Shown here piece by piece: positions 8,952 to 18,576 of a stretch of DNA of 64,000 nt. The position numbers and the translations under genes are program-made. This stretch comes from Gammaproteobacteria bacterium (GTDB lineage Bacteria > Pseudomonadota > Gammaproteobacteria > UBA1113), in assembly GCA_965230425.1 (NCBI GenBank), contig CBDDKW010000013.1:117066-181065 (forward strand), written 5' to 3'. Each line of letters opens with the position of its first letter. Within the stretch, counting starts at the first letter, position 1. The notes below the pieces were generated by a model. It had not been told where the DNA came from and did not search any database. It was given only the letters and a program-made list of their open reading frames with translations.

Positions 8952-10857
8952 GACTATGCTCGCGTTTTTGTGGAATTAAGGTGAGTAAACCACCGATCAA
9001 TAATAAAATGCCGCCTAACCAAATCCAGCGTACGAAAGGTTTATAATATAATCTCATCATCCATTCAGTTTGACTAATCGGATTACCAAGGGCAATGTAT
9101 AGGTCCCGCCAAGGATTTATGCTGATCCCCGTTTTACTCATCACTTCATGATGACTTTTAAATAAGCGTAATTCAGCATCAATATGGGTGAAGGGCTTTT
9201 GTGCTCTTGCCACAGTAAAATGTCCAATTGCTGACGTGTAATTGCTACCTGCTGCTTCACGAATATTATCGAAAGTGAAGGTATAGCCTGCTAATTGTGT
9301 AGTTTCACCTGCTGCTAGTTTAACTTGTTTTTCTTGGCTGTAGCTTTTATTTAAACCAATGCCAATGGCCAAGATAGCAATGCCAATATGTGCGATAATC
9401 ATTGCCCATTGACGGTAGGTGAGTTGAGATTTCATTTGATAACTGCGCCAAGCATATTTTAATGTAGCTGATATGATCCAGAGACCGATAAATAAGCCTA
9501 TGCAGGCAGCCAATTTAATACTATCTGCCAATAACCAAGGTAAGGCGATGGCTAGTGTTAAGCTAATCAATAATTCCCAGCGCAATTTTTGCCACAGGGT
9601 TTTTGCTGAGTGCGAGTGCCAATTAACATGAGGAGCTAAACCCATCATTAATAATAAAGGTAACATAATTGGCATAAAGACAGTGTTAAAGTAAGGCTCG
9701 CCTACGGAAATTTTATCGAGATTTAATGCGTCGAGTAAGATGGGATATAAGGTACCTAGGACAATTGTTGCAACTGCAACGACCATGAAAACTGAATTAA
9801 TTAATAAAAACGATTCTTTAGATAATACTTTAAAGTCATGAATATTGTATAAATGCTTAATACGATAGGCGTAAAGACACAACGCCAAGATAATAATAAC
9901 GGCAAGGTAGATGAGTAAATAAATGCCGCGGGTTGGATCAGAGGCAAAGGCATGCACTGATACCAGCACACCCGAGCGTACTAGGAATGTACCCAATAAA
10001 CTTAAAGTAAAGGCAATGATGGAAAGTAAAATCGTCCAGCCTTTAAAAGCTTCGCGTTTTTCACTGACAATCAAGCTATGTAGCAGCGCGGTACCAGCAA
10101 GCCAAGGCAATAATGATGCATTTTCAACTGGGTCCCAAAACCACCAGCCACCCCAGCCTAGCTCTCGATATGACCACCAACTTCCTAATACAATCCCGAA
10201 GCTTAAAAAACTCCAGGATAAAATCACCCAAGGCTTACAGGCATGGATCCAGGTCTTATCTAATTTGCCTTCTATTAAAGCAGTGACGGCGAAAGCAAAA
10301 CTAATAGCAAATCCAACATAACCCAAATACAACATGGGCGGATGAAAAAGTAAGCCAGGATCTTGTAGAATGGGTGTTAAATCATTGCCACTAATGGGTT
10401 GGTTTGGAAAATTGCGTATGAAAGGATTGGATGTTGCTAATATAAATAACAAGAATCCACTACTAATCCAGCCTAAGACCATGACGACATAAGTGTGCGT
10501 TGTTTGTGATAGTTGCTTACAGAAAATAATCACTGCGGTTGTCCATGCACTTAATATTAGGCACCACAGTACTAGAGAGCCCTCATGGCCACCCCAACTA
10601 GCACCAATTCGATAAAGAAAGGGTAATAACCGATGGGAACGTTCACGTACATACACCACGGTTAAATCATTTAACATAAAGCAACCGATAAGACTCAGCA
10701 TGGCAATGCTTAAAAATACTAATTGACCAATGGCTGCTTGCGTACCTAGTTGACGAAAATGCGCAGTCTGCTTGCCTCTGAGTAAGGGCAGGATGCCTTG
10801 GCTTAAGGCAAAGCAAAAAGCAATGATTAAGGCAAATTGACCGATTTCAGCTAGCAT
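8944..10857 (-). CDS. ccmF: Cytochrome c haem lyase subunit CcmF
   Basis: 637-aa polytopic protein with the WWD region (WGGWWFWDPVENASLLPW) and conserved His residues. Lies between ccmE and ccmG. Confidence 0.95.
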   Translation of the reverse strand: MLAEIGQFALIIAFCFALSQGILPLLRGKQTAHFRQLGTQAAIGQLVFLSIAMLSLIGCFMLNDLTVVYVRERSHRLLPFLYRIGASWGGHEGSLVLWCLILSAWTTAVIIFCKQLSQTTHTYVVMVLGWISSGFLLFILATSNPFIRNFPNQPISGNDLTPILQDPGLLFHPPMLYLGYVGFAISFAFAVTALIEGKLDKTWIHACKPWVILSWSFLSFGIVLGSWWSYRELGWGGWWFWDPVENASLLPWLAGTALLHSLIVSEKREAFKGWTILLSIIAFTLSLLGTFLVRSGVLVSVHAFASDPTRGIYLLIYLAVIIILALCLYAYRIKHLYNIHDFKVLSKESFLLINSVFMVVAVATIVLGTLYPILLDALNLDKISVGEPYFNTVFMPIMLPLLLMMGLAPHVNWHSHSAKTLWQKLRWELLISLTLAIALPWLLADSIKLAACIGLFIGLWIISATLKYAWRSYQMKSQLTYRQWAMIIAHIGIAILAIGIGLNKSYSQEKQVKLAAGETTQLAGYTFTFDNIREAAGSNYTSAIGHFTVARAQKPFTHIDAELRLFKSHHEVMSKTGISINPWRDLYIALGNPISQTEWMMRLYYKPFVRWIWLGGILLLIGGLLTLIPQKREHSHG

Positions 10858-11302
10858 TGGCAGACTCCTGTTGCTGCTGAGTTGCCTTAAGAGCTTTAGC
10901 TACAGCCGGTGGCATATACTTTTCGTCATGTTTTGCTAATACTTCACTCGCAATAAATTGTTGTTGCTGATTGAGTTTGCCGGTTACTACGATGCCTTGA
11001 CCTTCGCGGAATAGATTAGGTAACAAGCCTTTATAATATACGGTGATGTCATTGACTCTATCGGTCACTTTGAAGCTAACTTCATTGCCGCTAGCGGCAA
11101 ATTGGAGACTGTCTTTTTCAACATAGCCGCCGATACGTACTTGTCTAGCACGTTCCGCAGTAGTGGCTTGTTGTAATTGAGTCGGTGTATAAAATAAATT
11201 AATATTTTGTTTCAAGGCATAAAGAATTAAGCCTGCTGCAGCCGAAAGTAGTAGCATAAGGGCAATGATGCCGATTAATTTATTCTTGTGTTTATAATTC
11301 AT
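10847..11302 (-). CDS. ccmE: Haem chaperone CcmE
   Basis: N-terminal TM anchor, RIGGYV OB-fold start, and the haem-binding LAKHDEKYMPP motif. Confidence 0.9.
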   Translation of the reverse strand: MNYKHKNKLIGIIALMLLLSAAAGLILYALKQNINLFYTPTQLQQATTAERARQVRIGGYVEKDSLQFAASGNEVSFKVTDRVNDITVYYKGLLPNLFREGQGIVVTGKLNQQQQFIASEVLAKHDEKYMPPAVAKALKATQQQQESANAS

Positions 11303-11469
11303 GCTTGATGCTGTTCTCTCATGATACGTTGATATAATTTTTGTTTTACTTGAGTATTTTTACGAATAGCATGACGTAGGTTAACAGCTAATACGCCAAT
11401 GACAATAATGTAAGCAGGCCATACATAACTGGCATAACCACCCATGGCAAGTAATTTAGTGATATTCAT
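11299..11469 (-). CDS. ccmD: Haem exporter protein CcmD (56 aa, absent from the ORF track)
   Basis: Hand translation of the minus strand gives MNITKLLAMGGYASYVWPAYIIVIGVLAVNLRHAIRKNTQVKQKLYQRIMREQHQA. The AMGGYA..VW core resembles E. coli CcmD (FAMGGYAFFVW). Its start overlaps the end of ccmC, and its TGA overlaps the ccmE ATG (ATGA). Confidence 0.75.
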   Translation of the reverse strand: MNITKLLAMGGYASYVWPAYIIVIGVLAVNLRHAIRKNTQVKQKLYQRIMREQHQA

Positions 11470-12199
11470 TTAATATTACCTCACGAACCCACTGACTTTT
11501 AGCGTCGCGCTCCAACAATTGTGTACGCATACGTAGGATTAATAAAATGCCATAAAATAAAAAGAACGCGACAATCATTGCAAGTAGTGGGTATAACATG
11601 GCTGGCGCAATACTTGGTTTAGCAAATTTACTGATGCTTGCGCCTTGGTGTAGTGTATTCCACCAATCCACAGAATAATGAATAATTGGGATATTAATGA
11701 AGCCGACTAATGCGATAATGGCACAGGCACGGTCACGATGATATGGATCAGTAATAGCTGATTCTAGGGCAATAAAGCCCAAATATAAGAAAAATAAAAT
11801 GAGAACTGAAGTTAAACGTGCATCCCAAATCCACCAAGTACCCCACATGGGTTTACCCCAAATAGAACCAGTAATGAGTGCAAGGGCAGTAAACCACACA
11901 CCAATTTTTGCGCTAGAAGACATGCACACCGCAGCGACCTTCATACGAAACACAAGTGTCATTAGTGCTGAAATAGCCATCACCGAATAGACTGACATGG
12001 CCAAAAAGGCACTGGGTACATGGATATACATGATGCGAAAGCCATCACCTTGCTGATAATCAGGTGGGGCTATAAATAAGCCATCTATTAATCCATAACC
12101 AAAGCTAATGATAAATAAACCTACCAACCATGGTAATACATAACCGCTACTACGATAGAAATGTTTAGGGGAAAGCGTGTGTTGTTTTATCCAGTGCAT
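11456..12199 (-). CDS. ccmC: Haem exporter protein CcmC
   Basis: WGTWWIWDARLTS tryptophan-rich (WWD) motif in a 6-TM protein; operon position. Confidence 0.95.
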   Translation of the reverse strand: MHWIKQHTLSPKHFYRSSGYVLPWLVGLFIISFGYGLIDGLFIAPPDYQQGDGFRIMYIHVPSAFLAMSVYSVMAISALMTLVFRMKVAAVCMSSSAKIGVWFTALALITGSIWGKPMWGTWWIWDARLTSVLILFFLYLGFIALESAITDPYHRDRACAIIALVGFINIPIIHYSVDWWNTLHQGASISKFAKPSIAPAMLYPLLAMIVAFFLFYGILLILRMRTQLLERDAKSQWVREVILNEYH

Positions 12200-12871
12200 T
12201 TACTGTTGTACTCCAATACGTAATGCAGCACTACTAGCAAGAGGTGCAAAGGCCAAACTAATTAATATTAAAGCTCCCATGATAGCGTAATATGCATGTA
12301 CTGATAGGCCGGCATTGGCTTGTATTACTGTGCCGGTAGCAAAAATTAAAATAGGAATATATAAAGGTAGAATTAATATGGGTAGTAACAAGCCGTGGTT
12401 TTGTACCCCTGCAGTCAGTGCTGCGCCAATGGCGCCTAGTAAACTTAATACCGGTGTGCCTAGTAATAAAGTCATGATTAAAACCCAAAGACTGTATCCT
12501 GGTATATGTAATAATAAACCGAGGATGGGCGTGACTATGATTAAAGGTAAGCAATAAATAAGCCAATGGCTAATGATCTTAATGCTAATTAATAGGGTTA
12601 ATGGATGCGGACTTAATATATAAGCATCCATGCTACCATCTTGTACTTCTGTGCTAAACATACGACTGCTAGATAGTAAGGTTGCCAGTAATGCCGCAAC
12701 CCAAATGATGCCAGGCGCAATGGTCATGAGTAATTGTGGGTCAGTACTGGTAGCAATAGGAAACAGACTAATGACAATCGTGAAAAACAACAAAGGAGTA
12801 ACCACATCAAAACCACGGCGAAAGCAGTGTAACAATTCAAAATAAATGAGTGCGCCTATATCCTTCATCAT
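12200..12871 (-). CDS. ccmB: Haem exporter permease CcmB
   Basis: Polytopic membrane protein between ccmA and ccmC. The preferred start is ATG 12871, one nt after the ccmA TGA (TGATATGATG). The ORF track extends to 12913, inside ccmA. Confidence 0.9.
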   Translation of the reverse strand: MMKDIGALIYFELLHCFRRGFDVVTPLLFFTIVISLFPIATSTDPQLLMTIAPGIIWVAALLATLLSSSRMFSTEVQDGSMDAYILSPHPLTLLISIKIISHWLIYCLPLIIVTPILGLLLHIPGYSLWVLIMTLLLGTPVLSLLGAIGAALTAGVQNHGLLLPILILPLYIPILIFATGTVIQANAGLSVHAYYAIMGALILISLAFAPLASSAALRIGVQQ

Positions 12872-12872
12872 A

Positions 12873-13511
12873 TCACCCTTGTAAATACAGCGAGGTGATA
12901 TGTATATCGGCAAGCGTAACAGGTTGGTGACTTGCCATAATCACTATACCTTGTTGTTGAATGTGTGCTTGCAATAACTCAATTAATAAAGTCTGGCCTG
13001 CTTGATCCAAAGCCGTGAAGGGTTCATCTAAGAGCCATACTGTTGCCTGTGATAAAAATAATTGTGCCATAGCTAAACGCCTGCGTTGTCCAGCTGATAG
13101 TTGTTTTGCGTAAATATCCTGTACGTGAATCAGGTTAAGCTTTGTCAATACGCTAGTAATTTTATTGGTATCTACGGCTAAGTTAAATAAATGCGCCATG
13201 TACAACACGTTTTCAGTAACACTCAAATTCGCTTTCAGTGCTAAGGAATGTCCAAGATACAATAAGGTTTGTTGATAGGCGGGCATATTGCTTGCAATGG
13301 GCTGTTGTTGCCAGTAAACATCGCCTGCTTGGATACGCATCAATCCCGCTAAGGTACGTAGCAAACTTGTTTTACCGCAACCATTGGGTCCCGTTATGTA
13401 TAAAAATTGACCTTTCTCAAGACTAAAACTGAGATTATTGAGTAATAAATTATCACCACGTTCGCAACTGAGCGCGTGAACATCAAGATATGGCGTCGTT
13501 TCTGTTGTCAT
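12873..13511 (-). CDS. ccmA: Cytochrome c biogenesis ABC ATPase CcmA
   Basis: Walker A GPNGCGKTS, ABC signature LSAGQRRRL, Walker B WLLDEP. First gene of the operon. Confidence 0.9.
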   Translation of the reverse strand: MTTETTPYLDVHALSCERGDNLLLNNLSFSLEKGQFLYITGPNGCGKTSLLRTLAGLMRIQAGDVYWQQQPIASNMPAYQQTLLYLGHSLALKANLSVTENVLYMAHLFNLAVDTNKITSVLTKLNLIHVQDIYAKQLSAGQRRRLAMAQLFLSQATVWLLDEPFTALDQAGQTLLIELLQAHIQQQGIVIMASHQPVTLADIHITSLYLQG

Positions 13512-13696
13512 CAGTGATAATTTAGATCCGTGATAGAAGTTGGCTGATTTTAACTCAGATTGCGGTGGATGTGTATGCTAACTTGACGAATTCCATAGAA
13601 ATTATGTTAGCATACCGATGGTTCGGTAAATTATAATTATAAAAATTGTCCGATCAATGAGAACAATATCCATTAATGTCCAGGGGAGGAATAAAC

Positions 13697-16600
13697 ATGT
13701 CTAAAAAAAGCACAAAAGAGCAACGAAATACGGGTAAGCGGGAGCAGAATCAGGATATAGAGTCTAGTCAGGCTTCCAGTAGTACTCATGAACATCAGCA
13801 TCAAGAAAACAAAACAGGCAAAAAAAATAGACATTCACACCACGGGCATAAAAGTAAAACCTCAAAAAGAAGATCGAGCAAACCAGATTATTATGAAAAG
13901 CTTGAAGATTCTGTAGAAAAAGCCAAGGAGGAAATTACTTTAAGCTTTTCATATAAAGCGAATGATAGATTAATAAATCTTTTGCAAAAGCATTTACAAA
14001 AAATTCCCACTCGTGAGAAAGGCAGAGATTATAGAAAGTGGGCTTTTTGGTATTCAAAAATTTTGAATTACATTGGTGTGACGAGTGAAAATGGAGGGTA
14101 TTTAAGGAAAGCAGAGAAGTTTTACAAAGATGCGGTTGAATATGCGGAAATAGCTCAACCAAGAAATAAACTATCTGAACCAGATGATAGTATAAAGTTA
14201 GGAGCAGATTTAGAATTAACCAGTTCTACTGGTTCATTATCAGAGAAAGTAAAATCTAAGAAAAGTAAAAAAAAATCACTTAATAAATCCTTAAATTCGA
14301 GTAATGTTGAGTATGTATTTTGGCTTGAGTTGGTAAAAACTAACTATATCAGCATTAGGGTCAAATATTTCCCATTTGAAGTTAGTATCGATGAAGCTAA
14401 AAACGACTGTGATAGTAATATTATATATAATGATTTTGCAGACGAGGAGATAAATTTAGAAGCAGGTGCAGTTCGCGTAGCGCTTACTTATCATTTAGCG
14501 ATTGCTAGGCTTTATTTTGAAAGAGGCGAGTTTACCAAATCTTTGAATAAATATCGGGCTATTCTTGACAAGATACTAAACCAATATTTGAATGGAAAAA
14601 AATATCCTATCGTATCACGCAATAAAAACGGCAATGAAATAATTATTAATCTTAATGAAAAGCATTTAGAAGATATAAATAATTTTGAAGAACAAGTTGC
14701 ACAATGGCCGTTTTCATTGTTCAATAATATCGTAGCCGTATTGACTGATTATGCTTATGTTTTGGGTTATTTACAACCCGATGAAGATGTTTTGAAAGAT
14801 GCACTTATAAAAAACTTTAAGTTGATTGTAGAGACACGGTATAAACAAAAAAAAGCACATTATTATCATCGAGATCTTGTATTATATTACTATTCACTTG
14901 GTATCTATGAACTTAATCGCAATAATTTTACTCAAGCAAAAGAAAGCTTAATGAAGGCTTTAGATTATGCAGATAAAATATATACAAACCCTAATCATCC
15001 CATGACAGCAAAAGTTAAGCATTATTTAGCCAAACTATTTTATTTGTTGCGTGACTATAGACTAGCAGAAACCTTAGTCAGAGAGTCACTTTCTGCTAAC
15101 AGAGTTACTTTTGGGCCTGATCATATCTTTGTAGCCTCTAACTTAAGTATGTTAGGCAATATTCAATATGCACGAGGTATGATTACATCCGCTCGAAATC
15201 ATTATGACGAGGCTTTAACGATTTGTAAGCGTAGTTATGGCGAGGGCAGTTTAAATATACGTATGTTATTCAATATGGAGGGATTAGCAAAGTGTTATTA
15301 TAGATTAAATGACTTTGACCGTGCCATTAGTTTGTTAAGCAATATAATCATGATGTATCAATCTACAACACTGTCTGAAAAATATATATACGAGATAAAA
15401 TTGCGTAGAGCAAAAATCCTTGCAAAAAGCGGTAAGTTAGAATTAGCTAAACAAGAATTTCAAAATTTAATGGGGCAAGTGAAAAGTGATGATGCAAAAA
15501 TTAAAGTAGCGTACAAGTTTGGTAGAAGTCAAGAGAAAAACGCTTTAGAAGCATTATTAGTATCTGAAGCACACTATAGGCGTGCATGTGAAATAGCAAG
15601 TGAAAGTGCAAGCACATCTGTATATGGTATGAAGGCAGAAGCACGTTTGAACTTTTTTAAAAATACAGGTAAAAACGGAAAAGATACAGTTAAAAAATGC
15701 TTATATAAGTACGTAACAACAGATTATGAGTATGCAATTATGGCGTTATTACTAGCGTATTATAAAATACCAAGTTGTAAAGGGAATACAAGCATCATCC
15801 TAAATAATCAAGGGAGAGTTCGCATGCGACCAGAGCACGGTAAAGTATCTGAGAGATTTCAGCGCTGTATTGATCACTTGAATGACAATGAATGGTGCTC
15901 ATTTGCGACAACTGATGACTATAACTTAAGTATTGATAGTTTTTATGCGATTGCATTTTTAAATCAAAATAGAAAAGAATTAACTTTCTCATTCCGTGGC
16001 ACTGAATCTAGTATATCGAAAATAATATCAGATTTAAACCCAATGCGTCCATTAGATTTTAAAGGTGATATACGTGCTGACATCCAGCTAGCATCTGGTA
16101 CTGCAGCCACACAAGTTCATACTGCACAAAGATTTATAAATGAGATAAAGTCCGCTTTAGATATTGAAGATGGAAAATCTGACTATCGTATTACTTTTAC
16201 TGGACATTCATTAGGCGCTATGATTGCTGAAGCCATACTTGCATTAGAGTTGGCAAAAAATAACACCTATGGACATTCATCTACACCGAATACCTATTCA
16301 GTAACATTTGAATCTCCAGGTACCAAAGATTTAATTTGTGAAATTACCAATTTAGAAGAGTCGACATTAAAGACATTCTTTTCATCACATAGGTTCAAAA
16401 CATTTTCAGGATTTCCTAACTTAATTAACACTTTAAAACGTCAGACCGATAATCCGCTTTTTATTCCAGTTCAATCTATTGTGAGTAGGTTCGAGCCTCA
16501 AGCTAAAGCAATATTAGGAGTCTATAAAACAAATAAGCACATGCGTATCATATCGACTGTCAAAGGTTATAGTAAGTTTATGCGCCGAACTAAAAGTATT

Positions 16601-17356
16601 AGTGATTTAAAATCCAATGAACAACAAAATATACGAATAAGCAGAAATAATGATTCAGCAATCGACAAAATAAGTTTATTTAAAGAAGTTTTTAAGGTAC
16701 ATCGGCTCTTACTCAAACATGATAGCGAGGCAATGCTATTTTGTTTTATGATTGCACAAATGATACCGGATTATAATGTCGATGCGATGAAAAGGCAAAT
16801 CAATGGACTGCCTGGTTCTCATGCCAGAGTAGTACATTGGCCTACTGGGCCGACTCAACTGTCTGTATATAGTAAGATTGAAAAAAGTAGCAGATTTAAT
16901 CTTGATACAATGTCATTTGAAACGAATAGTTTTAATAATTTTCATTTACGTTGTAATGCCCATTTTATTGTTGATAATTCTTATAATAATACGTTAAAAA
17001 TAGATATATATGCAATAGATTATGATTTTTGGGTTAATGTTAAAGATGTCATTATTAAAATTAAAAAGCAAAAGCATAATTTAACTAGTAATCTTAATAT
17101 ATCTGATCAGGATCATGAGCATCACTTATACTTTCTTTTATCTGAATGTTCTGCAATTCAAACATCTAAAGGTATAGAGATAACGGTTCCTTTATATTGT
17201 TACCCAGATAATTTTAGACGTTTCTTAACTACTAATGAGAGTGAAAAATTTATAGATAGTGTGTGTGCGAAGCCTGACTTATTAAGTGATTTTTGTAAAG
17301 ATGATGAAGCTAGTATTGAAACAACATCAGTAGCACCAACGTCGTCAAATTGTTAA
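13697..17356 (+). CDS. Large TPR-repeat plus class-3 lipase (GHSLG) domain protein; effector-like phospholipase/lipase candidate
   Basis: Very long intact ORF. The N-terminus is basic and His-rich. TPR_12-like repeats span about aa 400-560 (for example AKLFYLLRDYRLAETLVRESL, LGNIQYARGMITSARNHYDEALTI). The lipase_3 pattern is LTFSFRGTES ... ITFTGHSLGAMIAEA (GHSLG near 16201-16215). ATG 13697 follows AGGGGAGGA; the ORF track starts at ATG 13676. Confidence 0.8.
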   Translation: MSKKSTKEQRNTGKREQNQDIESSQASSSTHEHQHQENKTGKKNRHSHHGHKSKTSKRRSSKPDYYEKLEDSVEKAKEEITLSFSYKANDRLINLLQKHLQKIPTREKGRDYRKWAFWYSKILNYIGVTSENGGYLRKAEKFYKDAVEYAEIAQPRNKLSEPDDSIKLGADLELTSSTGSLSEKVKSKKSKKKSLNKSLNSSNVEYVFWLELVKTNYISIRVKYFPFEVSIDEAKNDCDSNIIYNDFADEEINLEAGAVRVALTYHLAIARLYFERGEFTKSLNKYRAILDKILNQYLNGKKYPIVSRNKNGNEIIINLNEKHLEDINNFEEQVAQWPFSLFNNIVAVLTDYAYVLGYLQPDEDVLKDALIKNFKLIVETRYKQKKAHYYHRDLVLYYYSLGIYELNRNNFTQAKESLMKALDYADKIYTNPNHPMTAKVKHYLAKLFYLLRDYRLAETLVRESLSANRVTFGPDHIFVASNLSMLGNIQYARGMITSARNHYDEALTICKRSYGEGSLNIRMLFNMEGLAKCYYRLNDFDRAISLLSNIIMMYQSTTLSEKYIYEIKLRRAKILAKSGKLELAKQEFQNLMGQVKSDDAKIKVAYKFGRSQEKNALEALLVSEAHYRRACEIASESASTSVYGMKAEARLNFFKNTGKNGKDTVKKCLYKYVTTDYEYAIMALLLAYYKIPSCKGNTSIILNNQGRVRMRPEHGKVSERFQRCIDHLNDNEWCSFATTDDYNLSIDSFYAIAFLNQNRKELTFSFRGTESSISKIISDLNPMRPLDFKGDIRADIQLASGTAATQVHTAQRFINEIKSALDIEDGKSDYRITFTGHSLGAMIAEAILALELAKNNTYGHSSTPNTYSVTFESPGTKDLICEITNLEESTLKTFFSSHRFKTFSGFPNLINTLKRQTDNPLFIPVQSIVSRFEPQAKAILGVYKTNKHMRIISTVKGYSKFMRRTKSISDLKSNEQQNIRISRNNDSAIDKISLFKEVFKVHRLLLKHDSEAMLFCFMIAQMIPDYNVDAMKRQINGLPGSHARVVHWPTGPTQLSVYSKIEKSSRFNLDTMSFETNSFNNFHLRCNAHFIVDNSYNNTLKIDIYAIDYDFWVNVKDVIIKIKKQKHNLTSNLNISDQDHEHHLYFLLSECSAIQTSKGIEITVPLYCYPDNFRRFLTTNESEKFIDSVCAKPDLLSDFCKDDEASIETTSVAPTSSNC

Positions 17357-17548
17357 TGCTGAGTAGATAACAGCATGGCTTGTAATATCAGACTAAAGCG
17401 GGAACATATTGTCTATGTGATATTATAATAGTATAGTATCTGTTACTGAGTTATTCAGGGGTAAGTAACAAATGACAATACCCATAAGGCCTTTAACAGA
17501 AAAAATTTGTTAGCTATGGTTCAATGAGTTTATACTATCGAGTGATGA

Positions 17549-18460
17549 GTGTTAAAAAAAAGCATAGATAAGCAATTAACAGTGTACGATTATCAAGCAA
17601 TAAGTCGAACTGTTGATGTACAGTTACATGGATATGATTTTAAAGTAACGGTTTGTGGTACTGGGGCTCGGCCTTGTTTAGTGATGGGGATTGGCTCTTT
17701 ATGCCAAAGAACATTATCGAAGCATTTTTTAGAATTATTTACTCTGTACACATTCGATGGATATTGGGTGTTCAATGAGACAAAAATTGATAGCAACAAG
17801 CTGTCGATTAATACGCTTTGTAAAGATGTTTTGCTCATTGCACAACAGTTACAGTTGAAGAATTATTTTTTGTTAGGGCATAGTGTCTTTGGTGGCTTAG
17901 TCATGGAAGTTGCCAAATATCAGGATAAAAACTTGGTAGGTGTTATCGGTATTGGTGCTACGCCAGGATGGAATGAGCAAATTATCCAGTTTAAGGATAA
18001 TTATTTTTTACAATATGCATCTAAGCAGAGACAAGAGAGATTTGATAGTTTACAGCATGCTTATGAATCCTTTAAAACAACTCAGGATTCAGTTGGATCA
18101 TTCGAAGCCTATTATGCAGAATCGCCTAAGTATTTTTCTCAAGAAATTAGTCGAGATACCCTTGCACAGTTATGGCAAGACATACATATCAATGATGAAA
18201 TAATAAATCATTTATTTCAATATTTATTACCCACTTATGATTTTTCGAATAATATTCATGATGTAGTTGTACCAGTGATTGTTGCTGGTGGTAGTAGAGA
18301 TTTTGATAGTGTGCCATTAGAAATATGGAAGCTTTATGCTACGCCAAAAAAGTTTGAGTTGCTTGATTGTGGGCCGGTGGGACATTGGCCACATTGGGAA
18401 GCTGCCAATGTTTTTGATCAAGGTATTGAACAATGGTTAAAAGCTATAGAAGAGCGATAG
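17549..18460 (+). CDS. Alpha/beta-fold hydrolase
   Basis: GHSVFGG nucleophile elbow (GxSxG) and a C-terminal GHWPHWE His motif. GTG start; the exact start is uncertain. Confidence 0.75.
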   Translation: MLKKSIDKQLTVYDYQAISRTVDVQLHGYDFKVTVCGTGARPCLVMGIGSLCQRTLSKHFLELFTLYTFDGYWVFNETKIDSNKLSINTLCKDVLLIAQQLQLKNYFLLGHSVFGGLVMEVAKYQDKNLVGVIGIGATPGWNEQIIQFKDNYFLQYASKQRQERFDSLQHAYESFKTTQDSVGSFEAYYAESPKYFSQEISRDTLAQLWQDIHINDEIINHLFQYLLPTYDFSNNIHDVVVPVIVAGGSRDFDSVPLEIWKLYATPKKFELLDCGPVGHWPHWEAANVFDQGIEQWLKAIEER

Positions 18461-18576
18461 AACCAGCTCATGATTATAAAAGGTAACTTTCATGAATTAA
18501 TGAAAACTTTCAGGAAAAAATATACGATAAATTACGTATTGCAATGAACAAGCGTAAATCAATAATGGAGTAGATA

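Noticed and set aside
9923-10321. 132-aa ORF on the plus strand inside ccmF
   Set aside because: It lies entirely antisense to a strongly supported conserved gene. Its composition is low-complexity (P/S/K-rich) and it has no ribosome-binding site, so it is a shadow ORF.
12258-12845. Three ORFs (12258-12566 minus strand, 12315-12557 plus strand, 12630-12845 plus strand) overlapping ccmB
   Set aside because: They are alternative-frame or antisense shadows of ccmB. ccmB is supported by its operon position and membrane topology, and none of the three has a motif or ribosome-binding site.
17545-17562. A8 run at the start of the alpha/beta hydrolase gene as a possible frameshift joining ATG 17545 to the ORF
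   Set aside because: Reading from ATG 17545 hits a stop after 8 codons, and joining it to the ORF would require a shift. The GTG 17549 start gives an uninterrupted ORF, so there is no evidence for disruption.
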